NCBI GenBank assembly: GCA_030704615.1
Contig: CM060731.1
Coordinates: 77,004,001 to 77,068,000 of the forward strand
DNA: 64,000 nucleotides
Direction: 5' to 3'
Source: Takakia lepidozioides
Lineage: Eukaryota > Plantae > Bryophyta
Shown here: positions 63,992 to 64,000 of the stretch, in pieces
Numbering within the stretch: the first letter of the stretch is position 1
Layout of the letters: each line of letters starts with the position of its first letter
Notes under the pieces: generated by a model
The model's database searches: none
What the model was told of the DNA's origin: nothing
What the model saw: only the letters and a program-made list of their open reading frames with translations
Position numbers and translations under genes: made by a program

Positions 63992-64000
63992 CTGAGTGCT

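Overview
This is eukaryotic, intron-rich DNA from a land plant, most likely a non-seed plant such as a bryophyte; that assignment is an inference from the gene set and transposon types. The left ~42 kb holds six apparently intact spliced genes: a double-Dabb stress A/B-barrel protein, a Pollen Ole e 1/Pro-rich protein, a 91-aa conserved small membrane protein head-to-head with UTP12/WDR3, a DUF3067 plastid protein, and a divergent AUX1/LAX-family permease. It also holds LRR and F-box pseudogenes and hAT and LINE remnants. The right ~21 kb is a nested transposon block: tandem non-autonomous Helitrons, a solo LTR with a 4-bp TSD, and a CACTA TnpA-like gene carrying an FCP1/NIF-type HAD phosphatase domain. 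The standout is a decayed Ty3/Gypsy element (56020-62520, minus strand). Its polyprotein has a DNMT3-like C5-cytosine methyltransferase in frame between protease and RT, and a PHD finger after the integrase, i.e. a chromatin writer plus reader inside an LTR retrotransposon. All calls come from manual reading and translation; no searches were run.
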